Below, piece after piece: positions 1 to 8,425 of a DNA stretch of 64,000 nucleotides. Positions within the stretch are counted from its first letter, which is position 1. The number at the start of each line of letters is the position of its first letter. Origin of the DNA: a virus. A model generated the notes under the pieces. The model saw only the letters and a list, made by a program, of their open reading frames with translations. It did no database searches and was not told the DNA's origin. Made by a program: the position numbers and the translations under genes. The stretch is from positions 2,705 to 66,704 of the IMG/VR virus record IMGVR_UViG_3300036466_000503; one strand, written 5' to 3'.

Positions 1-3
1 TGT

Positions 4-691
4 ATTTATGTTCTGAATACAATTCAAATCATAAATATACGATATAGCAAGTTTAATACATTTTTTACAATATTTTGTAATACAAGCCTTATCCCTTATA
101 CAGCAAGGGTTTACCCCGATTTTCAAAACATAAACTGAATACAATGATGTTTACACATACATTCCTGTTATGACGGGGTTTATAGGGGTTGTGTATTCAA
201 TTTGTATTAACTTTTCAAAACATAAATTTATGATTTGAACGCATTTCAAAACATAAATACAAATTGTTATACAATTAATATCAAAAATGGAGACAATCCC
301 TGTTATATTAACATCTTTGCTGTATTCAATATATAAATACAAAAAATCAGATTATAAATTACTTTTTAATACAATATACACTAAAAATAGGTTTTTGTAT
401 TAAGATTGAGTATAAAATAAATACATTTTAAATAAAATCAGCGTCAAATTTGGACAAAAGTAAACAATATTTATGTTTTGAATTTTCAGAATATAAACTT
501 CTACCTTATACACGAAAGTGTGTAAGGTGGTATAAAACAGGCTCAATATAGTACAAAAACGGCTTGAAATATACTGCTGATTAAAATTAAACCCCCTTTT
601 TCTTTAAATAAACCCCCTTTTTCGTTGAATAAACCCCCGAAAATTTATCTGTGGCTTATTTATGTTTCGATAACAATTTCAAAACATAAAT
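4..691. repeat. Array of about 10 TTCA(A/G)AA(C/T)ATAAA-like motifs in both orientations, often as inverted pairs, interspersed with AATACAA motifs
   Basis: Copies near 4-36, 122, 214-240, 245, 470-497 and 659-691. No credible ORF in the region. Confidence 0.75.
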
Positions 692-779
692 TATACACTC
701 TTTTTAAGAGTTATTACAAAAAAAAAGTGAATACACATTAAAACCACCCAAAAAAATTTAAAAAAATTATTAAAAAAAC

Positions 780-808
780 TTGCATTACAAAGAAAAATAA
801 TATATAAT
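780..808 (+). promoter_or_regulatory. SigA-type promoter TTGCAT-N17-TATAAT
   Basis: Consensus-like hexamers upstream of the RBS AAAAGGAGG and the ATG at 860. Confidence 0.65.
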
Positions 809-859
809 ATAATTAATCTAATAAAACAAGAACACAAAAAACAAAAGGAGGAATATAAA

Positions 860-1021
860 ATGTTAAATGAATTTTGGGTATATCTATCAAGTGGATTAAC
901 CACAGAACAGTTATACAATATGACAGTTTTTGGTTTCTGTGGTACATTAGCCAACTTTATATTTATAATTTATTTAAATGTAAAAGCTGATTTAGAATTA
1001 GATAAAATGAAGAAAAAATAA
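860..1021 (+). CDS. 53-aa hydrophobic membrane peptide (not in ORF track)
   Basis: MLNEFWVYLSSGLTTEQLYNMTVFGFCGTLANFIFIIYLNVKADLELDKMKKK, with a strong RBS and its own promoter. Confidence 0.7.
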   Translation: MLNEFWVYLSSGLTTEQLYNMTVFGFCGTLANFIFIIYLNVKADLELDKMKKK

Positions 1022-1023
1022 AA

Positions 1024-1340
1024 ACCACCTAAAGACCACTTAAAAAAACAAGCCACCTAAGCCAAATAAAAAAAGAGTTATTAATTTAAAAAGAATACAT
1101 TTATAATAATAATAAAACCACCTAAAAGGCACTTTAAATAAAATGGGAATTTAAAGAGCCTATGGGCTTAACAAAAAAACTCTTACATTTAAGTTTACCT
1201 GGCTTTAAGTTTATGTTTTTTTAGGTATCTTTCAGTTAGTTTTAATTTTAAGTTTATGTTTTTTTAGGTATCTTTTAATTAGTTTTAAGTTTATATTTTA
1301 GGTGCATTTTAAATTTACCTTTAGTTTTATATTTTTACTA
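1024..1340. repeat. CCAC(C/T)TAA repeats and an imperfect 43-bp-period tandem repeat TTTAAGTTTATGTTTTTTTAGGTATCTTT
   Basis: CCACYTAA near 1025, 1036, 1053 and 1118. Long copies at 1204 and 1247, degenerate copy at 1284. Confidence 0.7.
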
Positions 1341-1521
1341 TCCTTTAAATTAACTTTAAATAAATAAAAGGATCACTTAAAGTTATAAATCTTCAAAGAG
1401 TAATTCTACCTTTATATACATCATTTTTTCTATTCCTTTTAAATAAAGGAAAACCAACTCAAAAAGCACTCAAAAGAAAATCCCCTTTTTTAAATATAAA
1501 TTAATGGATAATTATTAACAA

Positions 1522-1659
1522 GCAGGGTTTCTTGCTGCCGAAAGGCAAGGAAGCCTGCGTTTTGTTTATTAAAAGAAAAACACTTAAAGACCACCAAAAG
1601 AAAAGTAAAGGGTTTCTACAATTAACAGTTTCCTTTACTAAGTCTTTGGTGGTTTTTTT
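1522..1659 (+). ncRNA. Putative structured RNA or 3' UTR: GAAA-tetraloop hairpin plus a long stem ending in a U-tract
   Basis: GCAGGGTTTCTTGCTGCC-GAAA-GGCAAGGAAGCCTGC, then ACCACCAAA..AGTAAAGG / CCTTTACT..TTTGGTGGT followed by a T-run. Confidence 0.4.
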
Positions 1660-1720
1660 ATGTCTTCATATAAAAAGCAATTATTTATAATAATAATTTA
1701 AATTTAATTTCAAATATTAC

Positions 1721-1750
1721 TTGAATAAAATGGAAAAGTATCAGTATAAT
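1721..1750 (+). promoter_or_regulatory. Phage promoter class TTGAAT-N17/18-TATAAT(AATA), copy 1
   Basis: The same motif recurs 8 times in front of operons. Confidence 0.75.
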
Positions 1751-1793
1751 AATATTAGAGCAACAAAATAATATAAAAGGGAAGTGGTTTAAC

Positions 1794-2063
1794 TTGATAA
1801 ATTTAAATCGTGTTTTAAATGAAGAAGAAAAAGATTATTTAAATACACTTGATAACTATATTAATAAAGAAGCAACTCAAGAGGAAATTGACCTTTTTTT
1901 AGAAAACAATCCACTTGGTTTAAGTGCAGAGGTTAGTTTTGAGTTAGAAACAATGACTGAAGAAGAATTTAAAGAATACGAAAAAAAATTAGATAAAGAA
2001 TTTGATGATTTACTTTTTTATATTAAGCGGGAGGTGAATAAAGTTGAAGAAGAAATTTTATGA
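1794..2063 (+). CDS. Small acidic hypothetical protein
   Basis: ORF with RBS, first gene after the promoter, strongly Glu/Asp-rich. Confidence 0.7.
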   Translation: MINLNRVLNEEEKDYLNTLDNYINKEATQEEIDLFLENNPLGLSAEVSFELETMTEEEFKEYEKKLDKEFDDLLFYIKREVNKVEEEIL

Positions 2064-2400
2064 TAAATTAGTTCGGGACAACATTATTGATATTATAAAA
2101 AAAGACGGTAAAGATTGCAGATACGAAGTTGTAAAAGGAGAAAAATATAAAAAGTACCTAAAAAGAAAGCTCTTAGAAGAGGTCAATGAGCTTTTAGCAG
2201 ACGAAAATTCAACTGAAGAATACATTGATATTTTGGAAGTTTTAGCAGTCTATCAAGATATTTTTGATATAGATCCAAACTTCAGAAGGTTATTCTTTAA
2301 AAAACAGGAAGAAAAGGGTTCATTTAGGTTGGGCTTGATTTTGAAGGAAGTCAGGGAGTTTGATAGCAAAAGGGAGGCTAAATTTTATGAAGCTAAGTAA
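2044..2400 (+). CDS. MazG-like / PRA-PH-like nucleoside triphosphate pyrophosphohydrolase
   Basis: YDKLVRDNI N-terminus and KLLEEVNE...EEYIDILEV acidic motifs. Confidence 0.8.
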   Translation: MKKKFYDKLVRDNIIDIIKKDGKDCRYEVVKGEKYKKYLKRKLLEEVNELLADENSTEEYIDILEVLAVYQDIFDIDPNFRRLFFKKQEEKGSFRLGLILKEVREFDSKREAKFYEAK

Positions 2401-2944
2401 CGAAAGGTTTATTCCAATAAGTGATTTTGGCAACGCTGAAAAGATTTATACATTTAAAAGAGTGGAAAACGAAAAGGTTCTTTTGGAAGATACAACAGGT
2501 TATAATATAGAAATATCACTTGAAGTTTTTTATACAGAGTTTCAGAGATTATCAAAAAATAAGGTTAACTTAAAGGTTGGAGAAAGTTATATCTATAAAA
2601 AGAATAACTGTCATTATGAAGCAGAAGTTTTATTAATTCCAATTAAAGAAGAAAAAATAGGAGTTAGATTTATTAATATAGACGGAGAAATGGAATATAA
2701 ATTTGTAAAAAGAGAAAACTTGAGTAAAAAACGGGGAAAGAATGACTTAATTAGAGACGATAGTTTTATGAGTACAGAGGGGAAATTTTATAAAGTATTA
2801 TCAAATGAATATGATAACGAAAAAGGCTTTATTTATGTCTGCAAAAACTATCAAACACAAAAATTAGAATTAGTACCAATTATAGACTTTCAGTTATACC
2901 TCTATGAATACGATTTACAGAGAATATTAAATCCTGATAATTAA
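2360..2944 (+). CDS. Hypothetical protein (likely start ATG 2387)
   Basis: 194-aa ORF. RBS GGGAGG upstream of the MKLSNE start. Terminator hairpin follows at 2951-2977. Confidence 0.7.
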   Translation: MIAKGRLNFMKLSNERFIPISDFGNAEKIYTFKRVENEKVLLEDTTGYNIEISLEVFYTEFQRLSKNKVNLKVGESYIYKKNNCHYEAEVLLIPIKEEKIGVRFINIDGEMEYKFVKRENLSKKRGKNDLIRDDSFMSTEGKFYKVLSNEYDNEKGFIYVCKNYQTQKLELVPIIDFQLYLYEYDLQRILNPDN

Positions 2945-3139
2945 AGATAAGGGGTTGAGTTTTTACTAATCAACCCCGATATTCATTTAAAACTTGTTTT
3001 GTTTTTAAATTAAATAAACCAATTATAAATATTGATTTAAAACTTGTTTTGTTTTTAGTTTAATTTTAGTTTAGTTAAATAAACCATTAACTTTGATTTA
3101 AAAGAAGTTTTAAATAAAATATAAAGGAGCTGATTAAAG

Positions 3140-3298
3140 GTGGCTACAAGTAGAATGTGTCCAAAGTGTGGATCAATGTTTCCAACAAGACTATGGAAAA
3201 GTATGAAAAGTATTCACGGCGTTTTTTATTACTGTCCTGAATGTAAGACAAAACACCATTGGAATGAGCTTAAATTAGTAAGACCAAAAGATGTTTAG
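3140..3298 (+). CDS. 52-aa zinc-ribbon protein (not in ORF track)
   Basis: GTG start after AAGGAG. CPKC and CPEC motifs. Confidence 0.75.
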   Translation: MATSRMCPKCGSMFPTRLWKSMKSIHGVFYYCPECKTKHHWNELKLVRPKDV

Positions 3299-3315
3299 TT
3301 TTTTTATAATTATAC

Positions 3316-3345
3316 TTGAATTAAATTTAAAAGTATAAGTATAAT
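3316..3345 (+). promoter_or_regulatory. TTGAAT-N18-TATAAT promoter, copy 2
   Basis: Motif match. Confidence 0.75.
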
Positions 3346-3442
3346 AATAATAGAAGTTAATAAAGTATTATTTTTTTTGTTTGATTTATAATAATACTTT
3401 AAATTAACTTTAAAATATTAATAAAAAAGAGGTGAATGGAAG

Positions 3443-3748
3443 ATGGATAGAAGGGAAGAAGAGGAATTTTACAGAGATTATAAAACTTTAAATAATAATT
3501 TTTATCATTTAAAAAAGCAAATGGATAAATACCAAAAAGAAGTAGAGTTAAAACAGCAGAAAGAAAAACTAAAAACACTAAACGAAAAGGTTAACAGATT
3601 TTTTGTTTTCCTAAATTCAAATAAGGGTAACTTCAAAAACACCACAGAGGACATTATAGATTATGTAGATATTAAAAAAGATTTTGAAAAACTATCTAAA
3701 GAAGTAGCTGAACTGCAAAAAGATATAAGTAAGACAACGGGCTTTTAA
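3443..3748 (+). CDS. Coiled-coil hypothetical protein
   Basis: ORF with RBS GAGGTG. Confidence 0.7.
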   Translation: MDRREEEEFYRDYKTLNNNFYHLKKQMDKYQKEVELKQQKEKLKTLNEKVNRFFVFLNSNKGNFKNTTEDIIDYVDIKKDFEKLSKEVAELQKDISKTTGF

Positions 3749-3783
3749 TTTAAAACTTGTTTCATTTTAAAAGGGGTGATTAA

Positions 3784-4407
3784 GTGAAGAGATTAAAATT
3801 AACAGATATTAAGCTGTCAGTTGGTCAGTTTGAACACCAACTATCAAAAATGAGATTTGCAAAAAGCAACCACAAAACAAAATACATTGAAAATAAGAGA
3901 GTTCCTTATTTTAATAAGATATTTTATAAAATGCTCGTTGAAAACCAACAGATACCCACCCAAATGGACTTTTGGATAGAATACCTTGACTATTATCAAG
4001 AAGACGAAGTGGTAAAAGAAATAATCGAAACAGGACATAAAGCAGGGCTTCAAGGAAGGGCTTTTAGAGCGTATCCTTCGTTAATCAGGGATATACACTT
4101 TGCCCTTATGCTGAAGTCGCTTGGGTTTCAGGGAGTATATCACAACAACTATCAAGACAGTGAGCAAGGAGTTGATGTGCTTTTAAAAGTTGGTAAAAAT
4201 AAATATGCAATACACCTTTATACAGATACAAAAAGAGGGGTTGGATACAGAGATATTAAGCATACTAAAAGAGATGATATCACCCTTGAAATAGAGTTCC
4301 CTATTAATTTAGAACATTGTAAAGAAATAGGAAACATAAAATTATACTCAACAGAGTATTTCGTCAAACTCTTGGTTCAAATAATCAACTTTCACGGGCA
4401 GGAATAA
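3784..4407 (+). CDS. Putative PD-(D/E)XK restriction-endonuclease-like protein (TaqI-family-like)
   Basis: RAFRAYPSLIRDIHF...QDSEQGVDVLL...YAIHL pattern recalled from TaqI-like nucleases. Confidence 0.5.
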   Translation: MKRLKLTDIKLSVGQFEHQLSKMRFAKSNHKTKYIENKRVPYFNKIFYKMLVENQQIPTQMDFWIEYLDYYQEDEVVKEIIETGHKAGLQGRAFRAYPSLIRDIHFALMLKSLGFQGVYHNNYQDSEQGVDVLLKVGKNKYAIHLYTDTKRGVGYRDIKHTKRDDITLEIEFPINLEHCKEIGNIKLYSTEYFVKLLVQIINFHGQE

Positions 4408-4420
4408 AGGGGGTGTTAAA

Positions 4421-4573
4421 ATGGAGTTATTAATTCTTTCAATTATTGTTATAGCAGCAGGTGCTTTTTTAAGATATGAATGTTTAAGAAAAGGATCAGT
4501 AAAAGTTTTTAGAAAGACAAAAGAAAAAGTAAAAGATATAGTGGACCCAATTTTATATTGGATTACAAAGTAA
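4421..4573 (+). CDS. 50-aa membrane-anchored peptide (not in ORF track)
   Basis: RBS GGGGGTG. MELLILSIIVIAAGAFL hydrophobic N-terminus and basic tail. Confidence 0.65.
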   Translation: MELLILSIIVIAAGAFLRYECLRKGSVKVFRKTKEKVKDIVDPILYWITK

Positions 4574-4683
4574 AACAATAATCTAACCATTTATTTAAAA
4601 GAAGTTTTGTTTGCATAAGATAGCCCTGATTAATTTCACGGGCAAGACTGATAAAAAATAAGGGGAACACTTTTAAGGTTAAG

Positions 4684-5187
4684 GTGTTCCCACTTATATT
4701 TTTTTATTTAAAAATATTAAAAGGAGTGGTTAGCTTGGATTATCAAAAAGCTAAAAATAGTTATGACTTTGTTTTTGAAAAAATGAACGGAGACACTTAT
4801 TTTCTTGGCAGTTGGAGATATACAGATATAAAAAGTGAAATTATAAATAAATCAAAAAACATTCTCAAATACCTGGCTTCTCAAATAGGAGCTTCTAAGG
4901 TAAAAATTAGTGAAAATAGTGGGAGATTATATTCTCCTGAATTAATAGCTTATATTTATATCAACGGTATAAAAAAATATATGATTGAGATTAATACAGT
5001 GCAGCTTTTTAATAAAAATGGAGAATATTACAGTATGGTTATTATTGCAAGGGAATATGAAGGAAGAAGTTTTAGAAAGGGTTATCTTTTAGATACACAT
5101 TATAAAGATAAGAGTTTCGAAAAGGTTTTGGATAACTTGGACTTTTTTGTTAACGAAGAATATATGTCCGTTTCATTTAATAATTAA
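4684..5187 (+). CDS. Hypothetical protein, paralog of next gene (likely start TTG 4735)
   Basis: Shares YD..F/L..KM.G, Y.P.., G.Y.MVI..RE and LD...KD.S.E blocks with 5147..5611. Confidence 0.7.
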   Translation: MFPLIFFYLKILKGVVSLDYQKAKNSYDFVFEKMNGDTYFLGSWRYTDIKSEIINKSKNILKYLASQIGASKVKISENSGRLYSPELIAYIYINGIKKYMIEINTVQLFNKNGEYYSMVIIAREYEGRSFRKGYLLDTHYKDKSFEKVLDNLDFFVNEEYMSVSFNN

Positions 5188-5611
5188 AGGGGGAATTAAA
5201 GTGGAAAATATCAATCAGGTTTATGATTATTTAAAATCAAAAATGGAAGGCAAGATTTACGAAGGCTCATATTATAAACATATAGAAGAAGAAGAAAAAA
5301 TAGAAAAGCACTTAAAAGAAATGATGTCCTATTTTGCTAAAGCTTTAAATACAGAGGTAGTAAGTAATAGTGTTCAGATACTTCCAATGTACAGACCCGA
5401 TATTGCTTCCGTTACTACCTTTGATACAAATAACTACTGTTGGTACAGAATATTAATAGACAGCAGGAAAGACAAAGAAGGTCAATACAAAATGGTGATT
5501 AAGGTATTAAGGGAAACAGAAAGAGATTTTGAAAAAGTGGAATTTATTTTAGACGCTGATGATAAAGATAGATCATTGGAAGAAATAGAAAAAAGACTAA
5601 GGGAGTTTTAA
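5147..5611 (+). CDS. Hypothetical protein, paralog of previous gene (likely start GTG 5201)
   Basis: Shared blocks as above. RBS AAGGGGG. Confidence 0.7.
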   Translation: MLTKNICPFHLIIKGGIKVENINQVYDYLKSKMEGKIYEGSYYKHIEEEEKIEKHLKEMMSYFAKALNTEVVSNSVQILPMYRPDIASVTTFDTNNYCWYRILIDSRKDKEGQYKMVIKVLRETERDFEKVEFILDADDKDRSLEEIEKRLREF

Positions 5612-5713
5612 ACAAAACTTGTTTTAAATATAAATAAATGCTTTAAAATTGATTTAATAAAATAATATAAATTTAAAGGAGATAATATTAATTGTCTCCT
5701 TTTTTTATAAGGA

Positions 5714-7411
5714 GTGGTTATTTTGAAGAAAGAAAAACTATTAAGTTTAACTAAAGAGCAGTTGGCTGATTTAGTTTTAAAGAAAGATAATAAAAAAGAC
5801 TATGGTTTGGTTTTTGAAGAAAGTTTAGAGGATACAGAGTTGGATTTAATTAAAAATGAACCAATACTGATACCTTATAACAGAAAATCTCAAGTAGTTA
5901 ATATAAAAGATAAAGAAAAGAAAGTTAAAGAAATTAAGGATATCATGAATGACGAAAAAGGGAAAATGAATTATATTATTGAAGGAGATAATCTTCATGG
6001 GTTGAAAGCTATTGAGAAGATATACCAAAATAGTATAGATTTGGTAGTCATAGACCCACCCTATAATACGGGGAAGGAGTTTCAATATAACGACAAAAAA
6101 GTTGATAAGAACGATAATTATAAACACTCTAAATGGTTATCTTTTATGAAGAAAAGATTGAAAATTGCAAAGGAATTAATGACCGAAGACGGTGTTATTT
6201 TTGTTCACATTGATGATAATGAACAGGCTCAATTGAAACTATTAATGGATGAAATTTTTGGGGAGGAAAATAACCTTGGAATATTAAGTGTTGTAAATAA
6301 CCTTAAAGGAAGATCTGATGATAAATATTTTGCTACTGCTAATGAATTTTTGTGTGTATATGCAAAAAACAAATCTAAAGCAAAAATTAATGGGTTTCCA
6401 ATGAATGATGAATATTTGAGCGAATACAAATTTGAAGATAAAATCAGTAAATATAAAAAAGTTTTATTTAGAAAAACTGGCAAAAATTCAAAAAGATCTG
6501 ATAGACCAAATATGTATTATCCTATTTATTATAATGAGAAAAACTCACATTTTTCTCTACAAAAACAAAATGAAAATTATATTAGAATTTTACCATTAGA
6601 TAGCAAAAACAAAGAAGGTTGTTGGAGATGGGGTAAAGAAACTTTTTTAAAGAAAAAAGATACTGAATTAATAGCAATTAAATATCAAGGTTCTTGGAGT
6701 ATTTATACTAAACAAAGAACAATAATTGATGGGGAAAAAAGAACAATTAAACCTAAAACATTGTGGTTAGATAAAAGATATGATTCTGACAGAGGAACTT
6801 TATTAATGAAAAAAATGTTTAACAAAAAAAATTTTAGCAATCCTAAACCTTTGGAATTTATAAAAGATATTATAAAAGTAGGATCTAATAAAAACGCAAA
6901 CATTTTAGATTTTTTTGCAGGTTCAGGAACAACAGGGCACGCTGTTCTTGAATTAAATAAAGAAGATGGTGGAAGCAGAAATTTTATTTTAATAACTAAT
7001 AACGAGAATACCTCTTTAAATGAAAAATATCTTGTTTGGGATTATCTCGTAGAAAACAATGTTATTAAAGATTATGATAAATCAAAATGGACTTCTAAAA
7101 ACAACAGATATCATTATTATAAAAAATATATTAATGAAAACTTCCCTTTAGGTATTGAAGGTAGCAATATTAAAATAAAAGATAATTATAAAGATAATAT
7201 TAAATTAAAAGAGATCATTAAAACCAATAAATTTAAATCTTTTTTAAAGAACTTACAATTATATGTTGCAGACAGAGGTATTTGTCAGAATGTAACTTAT
7301 CCCCGTATGGAAAAAGTTATCAATGGTTATATTGATAATAAAGGAAATAAGGTAGAGGGTTTGGGAGGAAATTTAAAATATTTAAAGACTTCTTTTTTGG
7401 ATATTAATTAA
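5714..7411 (+). CDS. Type III Mod-like N6-adenine DNA methyltransferase (beta class), orphan
   Basis: IEGDNL, IDPPYNTG, HSKWLSFM, NPKPL and LDFFAGSGTTGHAV motifs. Confidence 0.9.
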   Translation: MVILKKEKLLSLTKEQLADLVLKKDNKKDYGLVFEESLEDTELDLIKNEPILIPYNRKSQVVNIKDKEKKVKEIKDIMNDEKGKMNYIIEGDNLHGLKAIEKIYQNSIDLVVIDPPYNTGKEFQYNDKKVDKNDNYKHSKWLSFMKKRLKIAKELMTEDGVIFVHIDDNEQAQLKLLMDEIFGEENNLGILSVVNNLKGRSDDKYFATANEFLCVYAKNKSKAKINGFPMNDEYLSEYKFEDKISKYKKVLFRKTGKNSKRSDRPNMYYPIYYNEKNSHFSLQKQNENYIRILPLDSKNKEGCWRWGKETFLKKKDTELIAIKYQGSWSIYTKQRTIIDGEKRTIKPKTLWLDKRYDSDRGTLLMKKMFNKKNFSNPKPLEFIKDIIKVGSNKNANILDFFAGSGTTGHAVLELNKEDGGSRNFILITNNENTSLNEKYLVWDYLVENNVIKDYDKSKWTSKNNRYHYYKKYINENFPLGIEGSNIKIKDNYKDNIKLKEIIKTNKFKSFLKNLQLYVADRGICQNVTYPRMEKVINGYIDNKGNKVEGLGGNLKYLKTSFLDIN

Positions 7412-7500
7412 ATATAGATAAAAAATATAAATTTCGTTTGCATTCTTTAATAGTAACTAATACAATTAACAGACACTTAAAATAGAAGGGAATAGATACA

Positions 7501-7635
7501 GTGAAAAAGATTGACAATTGGTTTAAAGAAGCAGAGGAAAGATACTCCAAAATGAACTCCGAAGAAAAAAGAGAGATCAGAAAGCTTTATCAGTTTGTGG
7601 TTTTTGTCAGTATGATAGAAAATATGAGCAGTTAA
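7501..7635 (+). CDS. 44-aa peptide in its own transcription unit (not in ORF track)
   Basis: TTGCAT-N17-TACAAT at 7438-7466, RBS AAGGG, terminator GAGGTAGCC/GGCTATCTC+T at 7657-7688. Confidence 0.6.
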   Translation: MKKIDNWFKEAEERYSKMNSEEKREIRKLYQFVVFVSMIENMSS

Positions 7636-7737
7636 AACTAAATAAAAATATTTAAGGAGGTAGCCTTTTGTGGCTATCTCTTTTTTTATTTAAAATCAAA
7701 TATAAATAAATACTTTAAAATAAATTTAATACATTAC

Positions 7738-7766
7738 TTGAATTATTTACCAATTTCAAGTATAAT
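7738..7766 (+). promoter_or_regulatory. TTGAAT-N17-TATAAT promoter, copy 3
   Basis: Motif match upstream of the dnaE operon. Confidence 0.75.
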
Positions 7767-7854
7767 AATAACAGAAAGGCATTAAAGTATTTATTTTTTT
7801 AATTTAATTACTAATAATAATTTAAAACTTGTTTCAAATAAAATTATAAAGGGG

Positions 7855-8376
7855 TTGGTTAGTTTGATTATTCAAATTGGAGGAACAAAGGAAAGTAACC
7901 ATTATTATTTCGTAAATCTTTTAGAGGAAAAGCTAAGGGAAAAGACAGATAAAAAAATTAAAAGTTATTCATATAATACTGCTGCAAGAGATATTGCAGA
8001 GATTATGTTCAATCAGGATAATCCTGATAGGGATAAACTTGTACTTTTTAGAGAATTTGTAATGAGACATTTTGACAAAGATTATTTTGTAAGAGACTTA
8101 GAGGAGCAGATAAATGCTTTTGATAACCACGATATTCACATTGTATCAGATTTATTATTTTTTAGAGAATCCGAATACTTTGCAGACAAATACAAAACAA
8201 TCAATATTAAGGTTGAGCAGAAAACATTAGACGAAATAAATCCTGAAGAATTGGAAAGAGAGGCTAAAAACGCTAATATCAACTTTGATTATGTAGCACC
8301 AATTATTTCAGACGCTTTGGGATTAACAGAGCAGTTGGCAGAAAATATTGCAGACAGAGTTATCGAAAGCCTTTAG
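7855..8376 (+). CDS. Deoxynucleoside monophosphate kinase-like protein with degenerate P-loop
   Basis: IIQIGGTKESN in place of GxxxxGK[ST]. HIVSDLLFFRE resembles the VISDxRFxNE motif. Confidence 0.5.
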   Translation: MVSLIIQIGGTKESNHYYFVNLLEEKLREKTDKKIKSYSYNTAARDIAEIMFNQDNPDRDKLVLFREFVMRHFDKDYFVRDLEEQINAFDNHDIHIVSDLLFFRESEYFADKYKTINIKVEQKTLDEINPEELEREAKNANINFDYVAPIISDALGLTEQLAENIADRVIESL

Positions 8377-8425
8377 TAAATATTAATTTAAAACATCTTT
8401 CATTTTTGCTAAAAATTTAAGGAGG

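Noticed and set aside
151-954. ORFs 151..342 and 691..954 (-), and the many short antisense ORFs inside long genes
   Set aside because: No RBS, low-complexity translations, and they overlap repeats or better-supported genes on the other strand.
5714-7411. Complete type III RM system
   Set aside because: No Res helicase-nuclease gene present.
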